Of a stretch of DNA of 64,000 nucleotides, positions 38,401 through 53,400 are shown piece by piece. The first letter of the stretch is position 1. Every line of letters starts with the position of its first letter. This DNA is from Haliotis rufescens (lineage: Eukaryota). Under the pieces are notes generated by a model. That model saw nothing but the letters and a program-made list of their open reading frames with translations. It did not search any database and was not told where the DNA came from. The DNA is taken from the NCBI RefSeq assembly GCF_023055435.1, contig NW_025964361.1, positions 1,178,001 through 1,242,000 of the forward strand, given 5' to 3'. A program made the position numbers and the translations under genes.

Positions 38401-41400
38401 TTTTTATGTACGATATGTTCATTTCAGAGACTAGATGTTAGTCTACCGCAGGTACTACAGCAACACATAGCTAGCACAACATGCCGAGATCAAGTTCCTG
38501 CTCTTTCTGACCTGGGGAATGCTGGCACCAACCCTGTGTTGTGACATGCATCCATGATCAGTTCCTAGCATCTGCCAAAACACGTTTGTTGAGGGTTATC
38601 CCATTTTTTGTGCAGATTGTTTCAATATCCTCTTTCTCTCATCAGTTGAAGGTCATTAGTAGGACAAGACACAAATAGTCTTCAATTCAAACACAAATAT
38701 TTGCCCACATGGAATTATTGAGGAAATACAAAAAACGTTCCACATTTTTACAGGGAACATGCTTTTGTCAACACTCACTGACAAAAAAAAGGTTCAAACA
38801 CTAAGAATCAACTTTCAAAACTTTTGTCACATACTTTTTGTGGCTAGTATTTCAAAACAACACATGCTTAGATCAGACCTGAGGAATGCATTAAGAAGGA
38901 TCATATCTTGGTCCAAAACTAAATTAAATAGACATTTCCAGTCAAAATATGATTTGCATCATTAACCATTATGAGCAACATCAAACAATGACGCCAAAGA
39001 ATATGATTTTAATGATATGAGGCTGCAGACATGATGACGTGTTCCCCAGTTGCACCTTCAGCCAAGGAGTATCAAGTAAGCAAGTGAAGGAGTGATGGCA
39101 TATACAACAGTAACATATTTTCAAGACCTGTGTTACATTGATGGCAACTGCAGCAATATCATACAGGGTCCAGAGGATGGGCTTCATGTATTGTCCACAT
39201 GTAGGGAATCCTAAAAACAATTCAGGGCACCATGCAGATGCCTTCACCACTTTGCCACCAATACACTCATCTTAGTGTGGGCATCTTTCAAAGACAATCT
39301 GGTTGGTGTATTGCATGTATCCATCATGTAGATGCATCATTTCTGGCAAATGTGTCACAACTGAGGTTCACAATTGTTAACTTACAAAATTCAGCTTCTC
39401 ACATAACATGCGAGTTCAGTTAGGATTGGCTGTATTTTCAATTGGATGACATACAATGTTGTATGAACCACAAGGTTTACTGCTCAATACTTTAAAGGAG
39501 GCATCTACAAGGAGAAAATGGCTGACAAATCATAGTAAATAATCAAGGAACTGACTTTGATTCACTCATCTTACAGCTGACCCGAAAGAAAGCACAAGAA
39601 GCTGATTCCTTAACAGAAAGAAGAGCTTCTAATAAGGCTAATGAAGGCAGAAAATCTAGACTGCCAAGAGAAAATTTAAAAAATCCTTTCTTGAACCAGA
39701 ACCCATTTGTCCCCTGACTGCATAGCGAAGAGTTTATTATCAACCGTCCTGAAATTACCCCATGATTCAGGCCTATTTCCTCCTTCACCCAACAGTCATG
39801 GATCCTGACCTTTAGCAATAGATCTGCATCAATATTTAGCTTTCTAGGATAACTGGTGAGTCGATCTGGATGCTTCCAACATCCTGCCTCCCACCTGTCT
39901 CTCAGTGTTTATTGATATGTCATCCAGATATCTCATCATCCTTTCAATGTTATTACAGGCAAAGGACTCCCCATCCCACCAACGTAGAAAGGACTTCTCC
40001 TGCAATCATACACATCATTGCAACTTGTCCAGACAGTCCTTGGAAGATCCTGGGTCATTAGATGTAATTCTGATTATTAATGCCTGCAGTGTTTCAGACA
40101 ACAAGAAGATAGTAGGAGATGAGTGTGGTTTTATACTTAATGTTGTCACAGCAGCTGGAATGTAGGCTTGTGATCAGAGTGAGTCAATGTTGTTTTGTGC
40201 CACGGTGACTATACTATAGCTGTCATAGAAGTGTGTGGACAATCAGCTACAGTTGATGGCATGAGACATGATCCAAGCTGTCAAATTAGCCAGTCACACA
40301 TTTTCCATTTTAGCTCTTACAACTCCTACTTGACACTTGAGCAAATCTACTCCAGAATCCACAATATAACTGATATATAGCTATGGGGATAACTGATATA
40401 TACCCATGGGATAGCTGATATATACCCATGGGGATGACTGATATATACCCATGGCAATAACTGATATATACCCATGGGAACAATTGATATACATCCATGG
40501 GGATAACAGATATATACCCATGGGACTAACAGATACATCCTGGCATGGCATGGATTAATTGCTCACTGGGCTAAGGTGTTGCATCCCATATAGCCATGCC
40601 AGGAATTACTTAACATAGGTTTGAATCCCTCTTGAGGATCCATGGTTTGTCACCACCATACCTTTCACTATTCAAGGATATTAAACAGTGATGCTCAATG
40701 CTAACACTGCTAGTAAAAACAGCACGCAACTTCTATTGTCCTCCGAAGATTTTTTTAAACTTAGATATTTGAACTTTCTCGGTGTTCATCATAATGCTGA
40801 TTAAATATGGATTTCATGAAACAAATACCTTTTAAGAACTTAATTCTCTTACATTTCTGACAAGCAGGTTCATCAAAATCTTGTGCAGCTATTAAGCATG
40901 AAGAAACACGTTCGATCCAACCCTGACATTTCCAGATCAAGTCTCCCTCAGTTCCTGCTGTGGAAATTACTTTATTAAAGGCTGATGAACAAATCGGAGA
41001 GATTCAATGGATGCTGATCAGCTGTTCAACAGCTGACAAAACCTGTCGATTTGGATTTACAGGAGTGTGAGATGCATGTCAAGCTCCCCATCATGAGGGC
41101 AGTCACCAGGGCTAGACTAGCTGAGCAAGCCAGGGCTACCAGACTCAGACAGGAATCATGTGCTCAGACTCTGTCACAAGTGGAATTCTGCACTGATCAA
41201 TTGGAGACAGCACTTGTTTCCCCAAGCTTAACAATAATCATACCTAGGAAGTAGCAGGATTTCAGGCCCCTTCCTTCTCCTCACATTTGTGGGTGGACCA
41301 TTTTGATGATATATGGTATTCATATGGCATATGCATTCATATGCATTTGTTTCCATGTCTATCATTTCAAACAATAAATACCCCTTCATAATCAACCGTT

Positions 41401-44400
41401 GACATTTTATGTATAATAATATCATCAAATATGTAATATTGATTGTTTGTTTTTGTATTTACAGGAATGTAAATTATGTATGTCTGTATATATGTATATA
41501 TGAATCATAATGTTTTGTCTTTTAAAATTGCATCTGTCCCGTAATGGAACGTTTCTGCAATAAATATTATCGATCTTATCTTATGGCATTCATTTTAATA
41601 GTTTGTTTTTCTTCCTTGTTGAATTTAAACCTCAAGGTAACAAAAAATCAGAACAAAAAGATGGAGAGTTTGGTGTGAACTGTGTCTGTGTGCTTAATGT
41701 TGGAGGAAAGCCTAAAGTAAATGCTGGACTTAAACGTTTACCACTTTAGTAAAACCCATGAGCACGGGTATGGTGCTGACAAACCAAGTAATATATTCAG
41801 GGAGAATCTGGGATTCAAACCCATGATTTGGCATGACAAAGGGCCACAACTCCGTACACCGAACTGCATGCCTTAAATGACAGGGCCACCTGTGAAGGGT
41901 CCCCTAAAAGGATTGAAGAAAATGAACATATATAATTGTCTAGAAGATTCAAAGATCCCAATACTTATCTTACAACTGACAATATCTTTATTAATGCAGT
42001 TCCCTGGTCACTCCAGCAATGATGTGTGCATTTCTTCCCCAGATCCAAGTTTAGACTCAGCCCGGAAAATTAACATTGTGTGCATGAGCAGTACTCATCT
42101 GTCTGACAGCTGTGCCATACGACATAAAAAGATCAATTTAATTAAACTGTTCATGCTATCTAAGCCCCATCTAGATCTATTCCTACTCAAGGAGACATCT
42201 GATCTGTGGTCAATTAGTCTGTCACAGAAGAGGCTATGCAAAGCAGAGTCTTAATGGCGGTAATGAGAACCATCTTCTCCAGCCGTCACCCTCTGCATCA
42301 TCATCACACAAAATAGCAACACTTTCAATCAAATTGTTTTTTCCCTCCCCGAACATGTGATATGTTTTCACAACTGCAGAGGAAGGCAATATGTATTGCT
42401 TTAAGTTTAATTCTAGCTGCCGTGAACACGGGGCTAATGAGGAAGAGAAAACGGCAACAGGTTCAAGTTTATTGAAGGGAACAGAAAAGGAGCAAGGAGT
42501 TGACTTCTGGATAGTTTTCATCTGTTTAAAGAGGCTGGGTGAGAAAGCATGGGATTCTATGCAGTGCAGTAATATTGCCCGTCACTTCTTTCATTGCACC
42601 AGGTTTGATTTGTTTAACAACAGACTCAGCAATAAGCCAGCTATATTACAGCTATATTGATGGTAAATAATCAAGTCTGGCCCAGAAAATACAGTGACTG
42701 ATATCATGAGCATCAACTCTAACCTGGATCTTCACAGGCCCACTGGTCTAGTGTGAGGCAGGTCAGTGATTGGTCAATCTCTTAAGGTCTATCCAATCAT
42801 GTACAATGACAAACTAAATAAGCCAGACAAATCTTGAGATTAAACGTGTCAATTGTGATGTCACAAGCAAGTGATGTCACATCAAACATTATGACATAAT
42901 GGATGGATTCTTTACGTTTTGTTTGTTTGTTTATTTGCTGTTGTTTAATGCTGCACTCAGCAATATTCCAGGTATATGATGGCGGTCTGTAATTAATCAA
43001 GTCTGGACCAGACAATTAAATAATTGATTTCATGAGCATCGATCCATGCAATTGGGATACAATGACATGCATCAACCAAGTCAACGAGCCTTACCAACCG
43101 ATTCTGTCGCCTCTAATGACAAGCATGGTCGCCTTCAATGAGTCATGATAATATGAGTTACACTTGTCTAGAGCAATGTGTACAGAATTTTGAATAATGA
43201 TCCCAAACCAAAGGTACAAGTAATGCAGATTTTTTTTCACTGAATATTGGTGGACAGTTTGTTTTACAGACTCTGAAAAAAATATATCAAATACAGCCCA
43301 TGCAAGTCAATAATGTTTGGCAAGTCTAGATTTCTGCAGTATCAGGATGAAGAGAGTCTCTGGGCTCCTTTTTATTAAATTTTCATTAAGATAATTTAAC
43401 ATCTATTTTTTTTCTGTACGATGCGTTCATTTCAGAGACAAGATGTTAGTCTATGGTGGACACTAATTTATCCAATGGACATAGCAAGTTTGTACTGACA
43501 TTACGATGTCATATCTTGTTAACAGACAGTTAGGTTACAAGATGGCAGCTGGCCAGTCAGGTAGCTAGGTCCCATCTTCCCCGGAGGTCACCAGCCTGAG
43601 ATATCTTCTCAATCAGCAACATGGCCCCTGCTCCACAAAGAGATCTATCGCCACAACTATCATAAATACTTAAACTAGTCACATCTCAGATCACTTTATC
43701 CTTACACTGGTAGGATTAACAAATAATGGAATACTTCCGGGTATCCTCACTGAAATATCTAATCTCTATTCACAGATAACTTTTTCTCCCTTCTGCACTA
43801 AAAGTTCTCTCAGGAGAGAGAAAATATAACATGGTTTCAATTACATGGTTTCAAAATTCAAGGGTCATGCAGTACACAATTATTATTTTTATCAACAAAA
43901 ATAGCAATAAATTGCACTGAAATGCAGGATAAAGAAAAATAATAGCATGATTTAACAATAATATTGAGATCAGATGCAAAAAAGAGTCAAACATAGCAAC
44001 TAGACCATAATTTGTGTTCATTTTTAAGGATTTAACTAGACCTGCTCTGGGTCCTATATCTGGCCCAAAGTCTGCATCAAATGTCAGTAAAAATTCCTAA
44101 TTCATTATAAATATATAAAACAAAGTTCAGGTCTTTGTAGTGGTAACCCGTATTTCACTGGTAACAGGACCAATAAAGAGAAAGAGATTTTAAAGCTTAG
44201 TTCTATATTATCATTACAATGAATGCAATTCAAAATACAATGTTAAAATACCTCTAAATAGCAACAAATAAAAATTTAAACAAAATCCCAATTTTGAACA
44301 AAATAACAAAAATAATTCCTAATTTGTCTGCAGGGGCACTCAGTTTAAAATCCTACATACCGGTAAATCCCCACATCTCTACTGGTTGAACAGCACATTT

Positions 44401-47400
44401 TAAACTCATTTTGTCTCCAAATTCTTTTAATGCCAGTTTTAAGTACGTGCATTTAATGAGAGTTAAGTTACAGATGAGTTGATTATGATGAAAGCACTTG
44501 CTAGCCCAGTCGGAGGTCCTGGCCCAATGTACACATGGAGATAGGTCAAGCACCACAGTGGCCTACACTCAGTCTAACGCCTATCAGGTTACCTGAAGTA
44601 ATTAAAGTCCAGGAAACAGCCCTTTTGACTCTAAACAGGTGATCTGCTTCAAAGCAGCAGAGATCCTGTTCATAGAAATTACTCTGTAGATTGAGGCATA
44701 AGATATAAGCCAGACATTTAATATGAGAGGAAGGCTTCCTCTGGATTAAGACAGCTTTTACTCTCTGCTGGTATAGTTAATACTTGGGTTGAAATGATAC
44801 ACCGGTGCATCGAGAATTTTCATGCGATGATACGATACACGATATCCTTTTTTCTGTATCGATACAAGACGGCACACTTGTTAAAAGTATTTACTTACTA
44901 CTCGTTTATAATCTTATGACACCCATAATTTTTGTCAGACAAATATCATGAAATGTTTTGTAATTAGGGTTTAAAGTTCACTACTAAAAATAGCAGACAA
45001 ACCAAGGATTCACGATCAAACCAAGGATTCACAATCATCAAACCAAGGATTCACGATCATCAAACCAAGGATTCACAATCATCAAACCAAGTATTCACGA
45101 TCATCAAACCAAGGATTCACAATCATCAAACCATGGATTCACGATCATCAAACCAAGGATTCACAATCATCAAACCAAGGATTCACAATCATCAAACCAA
45201 GGTTTCGCAATCATCAAACCATGGGTTCACAATCATCAAACCATGGATTCATGATCATCAAACCAAGGATTCACGATCATCAAACCAAGGATTCACGATC
45301 ATCAAATCAAGGATTCACGATCATCAAACCAAGGATTCACGATCATCAAACCAAGGATTCACAATCATCAAACCATGGATTCACGATCATCAAACCAAGT
45401 ATTCACGATCATCAAACCAAGGATTCACGATCATCAAACCAAGGATTCACGATCATCAAACCAAGGATTCACGATCATCAAACCATGGATTTACAATCAT
45501 CAGATACTGATATGGCTAAGGAACGCACCTCTGCACATCGACTTGCAGCATCTTGGCTGACTGTGCCACCTGTGCACCAGACTTGAGGCACTAGTGTTCT
45601 TATCACCCAGATCACCATGAGTGAAGTATAAAATGAACGACCTATTTCAATTATGCCATCTTAGATACAAGATCATGTTTCTGCTGACAAAGTTTGAGAA
45701 TGGCTGCTAGTGGTAATAAATATGAAGGAAGGGAACATCATTTGACACTCCTGGCACAAAAGATAACACTGAGAGGGAGATCTCTTGATACAGAAAGGGC
45801 ATTTTCACAAAGTCAAAGGAATATGGAGGGTCATAAATGCATAAATGCCAGGGGAGAGAAATCAAAGAAGAAACATTCAGCCAAGCAGAACATATTTCCA
45901 TAGACAGGTTACAGCAATTGCTCTTGTGTACAGACTACTGTTTTTTACACTGAAAAAGTAAATGACATATTTTTCACAGAATCATTACAAAAGACTAATA
46001 GTTTCCGCTTAGCATTATCATTACCAGAAAGAACTGTTACCCCTGTGTCTTAAGGAGCTCTCAAATCAGTTACCAGAATCAATTGAGCAAATTGTTTTAC
46101 ATCTTCCCGAGGCAAGAGAGTTAACTGACTATAAAAGCCAATGGAGTTACATTTTGGTTGGACTAATAAGTCTGAACTAAAATCGCACAACAAAATCTAA
46201 ATCCGGTTTGTAAACTGTCATGGAGATTTCGTTCAATTGCAGGATTTTCAAAGCACGTGCACCGCCAACGCGTCAACAGATATTTGCTAAATCTTTTCAT
46301 GTTTTTAATAAATATGCTCACGTGATTTAATGCACTTCACGATGTAAGACCCGTTTTATCACAATATAGATCATTATTATTGATCTGATCGTCTTGAGTG
46401 GGCGCCGCCATGTTGTTTGAAGCAAATGCAAGTGATACGAGAGGTAGAATCTGATTGGACCACAGGAGAGGCATAGAAGGGACATAACTTGTAATAGCCA
46501 CTGGAGGGGCTACGATCGAGCCCAGGAATTCCAGCATAGTTAGGCAAGGGTGGGAACTGGACTTTTAAAGTCAGTTAACTCTCTTGCCTCGGGAAGATGA
46601 TTGTTTTACTGCGACAAGTCCGTAAACTAAGCTGGGGTCTCTGAGCAAAGAAATCAACAACCTTGAGGAACATGCAGTGATCACGTTTTTGTGTGGATGT
46701 TTGTTTGTTTGTTGATAAACGCCATACTCTGCAATATTCCAGCTATATGACATCGGTCTGTATATAATCGAGTCTGGACCAGACAATCCGGTGATAGATA
46801 TCATGAGCATCGATCCATGCAATTGGGATGCGATGACATGCATCAACCAATTCAGCAAGCCTGACCACCCGATGCTGTTAGTAGCCTCTTACGACAAGCA
46901 TGGGTTGCCGAAGACCAATTCTAAACCTGGTTGTGTGGTTGCACCCCTATGACATCATGTAACGTCCACAACAAAATATGTCTATGTAATGCCCTTCCTT
47001 CTGTATGAGACCCAGAACTTATCAATCATCCTCGTGTATTATTCAAAGCCTAGATGAACCATGTGGATTTTACCAGAAGAAAATAAACACACAACCATTC
47101 AAGACTGTAAGTTCAGGGCCAAACATAATTGAATTATCAAAGTCAAACAGAAATTCGCATCGATCTTATGAAATAATGTCCTTTTGAATGTTTTGAAGCG
47201 AAAGTAATAACATTATAAAAGTTCAACTAACTCAATACGGATTCCACAAAGGGCATTGTCACAAACATGGATCATTAGAGATACTGCTTGCCTTTCAACT
47301 ACCATAATGTGCAGACACCGGTAATAGTGCAACTAATATTGATTATGCAATGATCTGTGTGGACTCTAGTAGAGATTTGAATTATTGAGGGAGGCTTTCT

Positions 47401-50400
47401 TCAGGTGAAGGGATGGAGAGAGATTAATCATCTCATCCTGAAATATTTACAGGTGTTGACAGGGGGGGGGGGGGGGGGGATTTCTTTGTTTGACAAGTTA
47501 CTACTTGACACAACCTGTGATGTTTCTGCTGCAGGGGAAGGTGTTAACATGGCACAGTAAACACTTACGTAATGTCACCATCGCTCCAAACACTTCTTCC
47601 ATCCAGGTGTGCTATTGTCAAGGATCATCATATCAAACAGAGTATTTGCATCAGCCGACCATGAGACAGAGCACACTCATAGACTTGACACGGTCATAGG
47701 TTTTATCGTTTTATGAAGTGAAAGAGGATTGTAGTAAAGCAAATATTAGCAAATGAATTCTTACTGATGTAGAAATAGCATAGACTTCCTCATAGTCTTC
47801 ATGGGGATTGTGGATTAGAGTGAGTGAGAATGGTTTTACGCCGCTATTAGCAATATTCCAGCAATATCATGGCGGGGGACACCAGAAATGGGCTTTACAA
47901 ATTGTACCCATGTCGGGAATTGAACCCAGGTCTTCGGCGTGACAAGTGAACGCTTTAACCACTAGGCTACCCGACCGCCCCTTGTGGGTTAGAATTGGTC
48001 CCTCATAAAACTATGGAAGAGGTGACTTAATGGATTGGGTGGTCAGGCTCGTGTCCTCAAGGGATGGTTAGCTGCTCACAGTATCAATCACTGGATTGTC
48101 TTGTCCAGTCTTGATTAATGATGCTGCCATCATTAGCTGGAATATTGCTGAGTGCTGGGTTACATAACAAAGAAATTGAAGATTCAAAGAGATGTCATAC
48201 CCATCACTTTCTAACTTTAGTGAAGAAAACAATCATAAGAGAAGAATATTATGACACAATATTGCAGGAGATGCTACAACCCTAGTTGTAGACCTAGACC
48301 AATGCGCTCTATGTTGGATGTTGTCATTTCACTAAATTACTCCAAAAGAGTCAGTCATGATCCATAAAAAATGTCTTCATAAACCTTACAGATTCTTGAA
48401 AGGTAGAAATTCAAGATCTACAGGGCTGTAGCTTTAACCAGAGCTCCAGATAAGCTGCGTATCTGCATAAAATACGCATCACAAATGCAGAAATACGCAG
48501 TAAAATAAAATCCAAGCGTATCAAATACGCAACGAACATTACAGATACGCTACAAAAATAAAGCTTGTGCGTATCATCAAAATAGTGTGAAGTAACCCTG
48601 TGTATTCGATTAGCAAATCAGCAACTTATTTTGAAATTATAAACGGGCCTTCCGTCAACCTTGCCAAACTCCACGATGACAGTTACATCATGATCATTTG
48701 CCATCACACTTTCTTGTGGAAGTATCATGGTATGTTTGAGTCCTATAAAACTCTCGAACCCACACGACACCAGTTTGCAGGGACTAGATGAATAGTGTTT
48801 TTAAATATTTAACTTAAATACCCACATGTGTAAAAACTAGTGGGTAACAGAAATTTGAATACCCAGATAGAATTACTAATACCCAATGATTTTAAAATGC
48901 ATGGGTAAAATACCCACAACACCAAAAGCTTATCTGGAGCTCTGTTTAACACACTTAAATTCATATTTGGCTTCATATTCAGTCTTCCTTTATCTCCTTG
49001 AGTGCACATCAAACAAAATCTGTCTTGTAAGATGCGAGTACAAAGAACAGCAGACCATCATTATCATTTCCTTCGATATAACATTCTAAAAAAACAATGC
49101 TAGGCAACACAAAAGGATTGTGCTATACGAACACAGAGAAAAAAACAGCTGTCACATGACTTCAGCGTTGTTGCATGTTCCTTTGAAAAATGTTAGTAGT
49201 GTGATTAACACACACTACAGAACAAAGTCTAGAGACATCAAAGCAGGCCGTCTCTGCCACAGCTCAGCACAGATAGACTGTCCTTGTTCCAGATTATAAA
49301 CTCGCTCGTGAATTAGATAATCTGTGTCCATTACATTCCCTAGGGCAGATGTCACAGACCGGCATATGCCAAGATGCACTACACGATTCCTCACAACTTC
49401 CATTGTCCCAATCAGTTTGACAGACAAATAGACAATTCTATTCCAATTTTTTTGAAATCTCTGAACTAAAACCCAGGATGAACATCATCTTAGAACTGTA
49501 TGAGCTCCACTTACTTGAAGTCAAAAGGATCAAACGAAAATTCTGGAAAAGAAACTGTTTTCCCGATAGAGGGATGATTAAATGGAAAGGATAAATAAAA
49601 CGCTGGCATTTTGAGATAAATGTCAGATAACACGTAATTGCTTACCAGGATATATTTTGCCTTTTTTTGTTATTTATATACGGATTGTCAGCATAACATC
49701 AATAAACAGAGGTATTTATAAAAATGAAATTCATATGTATCATATTAATAGCTTTTAGCAAAAAGGAAACAAATAAAAAAATAAATACCATATTCGACGT
49801 AATAAGCGCCCAGGGCGCTCTCAAAATTAGTTGAAAGTTGAATGAGTTGAAAGATAAATTTCGTGGTTTATGCTGAAAGCCGAAATGTTATGTACGACAG
49901 ATATATTTATCCAGAATTTAATTGCCCATGATTAAGGGTGCATATAACACACCAGTGCGTATTATACGCGAATAAATAAGTCTTGAGTACATTGATCAAT
50001 CGGAAGGGGTGCCAATTGGGATTGTTCACTAACCAATATATTAGCAAAATTCGCCGTGGGCGCTTATTAGAGCGGGGCGCTTATTACGTAGAATACGGTA
50101 TATCTCCAACATAGATCCCCTATCTTCCTGTGTTTCCATTGATGCAGCCAGCTGTGCTGGGAGGTGCGCCAATGGGAGCTAACTACTTCTGTTACTTCAA
50201 ATACGCCTGAATATTTGAAAGAAAGCTTTTATATTCATACACTTTGTTGAGGATAGTCCTGCATTACTGAATAAACATGCATAATTCATTGCATCTACTA
50301 TTGAATAATTCTCCAATTTCAACTCGAATACACCTGTAATCACCTGCCCTCTACCTCATCTTGATAAGGTCATGCTAACATGGGTTTTCACCAAAAATAA

Positions 50401-53400
50401 TAGGTTTTCATAGCTGGCGTGTAAACACTTTTTCTAATGGACTGGGGTATCAGGTTACACACGAGATAGGGCTCCTTTCATACACGACCATCACAAGACC
50501 TGTGATGAGGCACATAAAGGCACAAAAATAAATCATGTCCCAAGAATGAAAACGCAAATTAAAAAAAATATCAAATTAAGTCAAACATGCAATTTGAAGG
50601 TACCTGTTGTGAAAGTTGAAATGAGTCAGGCTCGTGATGCACGATTGTCTCCAAAGAACATAAATTAAAAAAAATATTTATTTTTTTAAAAAATTCAGAC
50701 GAACATGGAATCAAAATGTTCCTGTGAAAGTTGAAGTGAGTCATGGGATTTAGCGACAATTAATGTATCACCCTTCTATTTGTTATAAGGCCATAATAAT
50801 GTATTGATTTCCATCTTCCTCGCTACCAAACACCCTGCCACAACATCTCATTGTCCCCAAGTACAAATGAACACAATTACTGCCTTTCTCTAATTCATTA
50901 AATACACCATGTCGTCCTACAACATTCATACTGGCGAATAACCTCGGCCTTGAACACTTTGTTGAAAAAAATAAATTTAAAAATAAAAAAACAAAAACAA
51001 AAAACAACAATAATAAAAATCCCCCTCTCACATTTTTTTTATATGTTGTCAAAATTCAATTTCATTGTGGCCTTATGGAGATGATTATGACCCAAGTCCT
51101 TCTTTTCCTCTACTGTATGTCTCAATGTCAATGCATTCACTTATCAATTTGGTCAGTGATGACACCAGACTTGTCTGGGGACTTTACGAACAATTAGGAC
51201 TTTGCTCATCCAGAAACGTCACCACAATAACCTCTACAGCCTATGGGAAAATATCTGTTATACTGAGATCCCACTGTACACTGACAGAACTACGTGCCTT
51301 ATATTGTGAGGTCCAAAACCCCAATCCAGTCATAATGAGTGTAATTTATCCTTGAGTGAAAAACAATGATAAAATCATGCCTACTGATCAGCCTCTAATA
51401 CGTGTTATCAGGACCTTAGTGCTATGGTGTCGTGACTCTTCCTTAATTTGATTTAAGGCAGTGTTTTTCCAAACTGGTCCCTATGTGTGGATTGTTTGTT
51501 CGTTTGTTAAATGTCAACAATATTTCAGCTATATCACTGCAGCCTGTAAAAAATCAAGATTGGGGCAACAGCCTCGCCATCAGGGTATGATGATAAACAT
51601 ATTAACCACTGAATATAACCAGCTGCTTTTTTTTTACCACTCATACACTTGACTTTCAGAAACTAGATCAATACCTATGTGCAAATCTCCATGGATGTGT
51701 TCATCAAACAAATTTGAGTGAGTGAGTGATTGAGTGAGTTGGGTTTAACGCCGCTTTTAACAGTCTTCCAGTTATATCACGGCGTGTCAGCTTAATGTGG
51801 GAGGAAAGCTCGAAGTGATGCAGGTCTTAGACGTTTACCACTTCGGTGAAACCCACGAGCACGGGTATGGCGCTGACAAACCTAGAAACATAATCGGGGC
51901 GAACTGGGATTCGAACCCACAATCAAAGGTTTCTGGCGTGCCCAAGGGACACAACTCTGCACAGCGAATCGTGGCGCCTTAAACAACTGGGCCACCCGTG
52001 CCCCCGAGTGAGTGAGTGAGTGAGTGAGTGAGTGAGTGAGTGAGTGAGTGAGTGAGTGAGTGAGTGAGTAATTCGACAAAAGCCAGAGAGCAATACACAG
52101 TGAAACCTTGATAATATGGAAAACCTCTTTTCTGACCATCTTCATCTACATACACAAAAGAACACTAATTCATAACCATGAATCGTCAAAGAGAATTGCA
52201 CACCAGAACAATTTGATTGTAAACCATCCTGTCCAAATTATCCATGTTTCACTGTAAATGTTTTCAGACAATCCAGGATGTTTTTTCTCAAACGACATTC
52301 CACCTGAGAACAAGTAAATCTGAATGAGCACCTTGAGATGAACACACCAATCCATCCTCCTCCATATCCTATAGTTTGGCTGGGTGACGTCTGTAATCAC
52401 AGTCCCAGCCAAGTGAAGATGCTTAAGTGTTATTGATGAGATGGAGACAGATCTGGCCACATAACTACCTGACACACTAATGACCGGACACCATCAACCT
52501 GCCCCATGTCAACCACCTCCCCAGACAAGGCAATTCTACTGTGTTTCTATCTGGGACAGGCAAGGCAATTCTACTGTGTTTCTATCTGAGACAGGCAAGG
52601 CAATTCTACTGTATTTCTATCTTTGACAGGCAAGGCAATTCTACTGTGTTTCTATCTGGGACAGACTAGGCAATTCTACTGTGTTTCTATCTGGGACAGG
52701 CAAGGCAATTCTACTGTGTTTCTATCTGGGACAGGCAAGGCAATTCTACTGTGTTTCTATCTGGGACAGGCAAGGCAATTCTACTGTGTTTCTATCTTGG
52801 ACAGACTAGGCAATTCTACTGTGTTTCTATCTGGGACAGACAAGGCAATTCTACTGTGTTTCTATCCGAGACAGACTAGGCAATTCTACTGTGTTTCTAT
52901 CTGGGACAGACAAGGCAATTCTACTGTGTTTCTATCTTGGACAGACAAGGCAATTCTACTGTGTTTCTATCTGGGACAGACAAGGCAATTCTACTGTGTT
53001 TCTATCTGAGACAGACAAGGCAATTCTACTGTGTTACTATCTTTGACAGGCAAGGCAATTCTACTGTGTTTCTATCTTGGACAGGCAAGACAATTCTACT
53101 GTATTTCTATCTTGGACAGGCAAGGCAATTCTACTTCTATTTCAATTCTGTTTCCATTTCAGACAGTCAGGTGTATCAGATTTCCTTGTTTGTGAGTAAT
53201 TTGGTTAATCAGCCTCATGTTACCTTATTATTGTGACAGCCAATGGATCCAGCTGGAGGTAATCATGAGGAAATCATTACAACTATGCAAGGATCGAGGC
53301 AAGTTTGTCCATGATTCATAACGTTGTTGACATGGGTGACAACTATTTCCTCCAGAAGGGACGCCAGCACAAAGAACATAGTCCGCAGTGAATAAGCTGG

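Noticed and set aside
39540-40170. Coding-like composition, possible decayed transposase or nested gene
   Set aside because: Multiple stops and no motif I can recognise with confidence; needs BLASTX
45133-45586. ORFs across the 22-bp array (and 52623-53236 across the 35-bp array)
   Set aside because: Repeat-derived, frame-rotating translations
47462-47479. G18 homopolymer as a G-quadruplex element
   Set aside because: Simple homopolymer with no supporting context; length may be inaccurate
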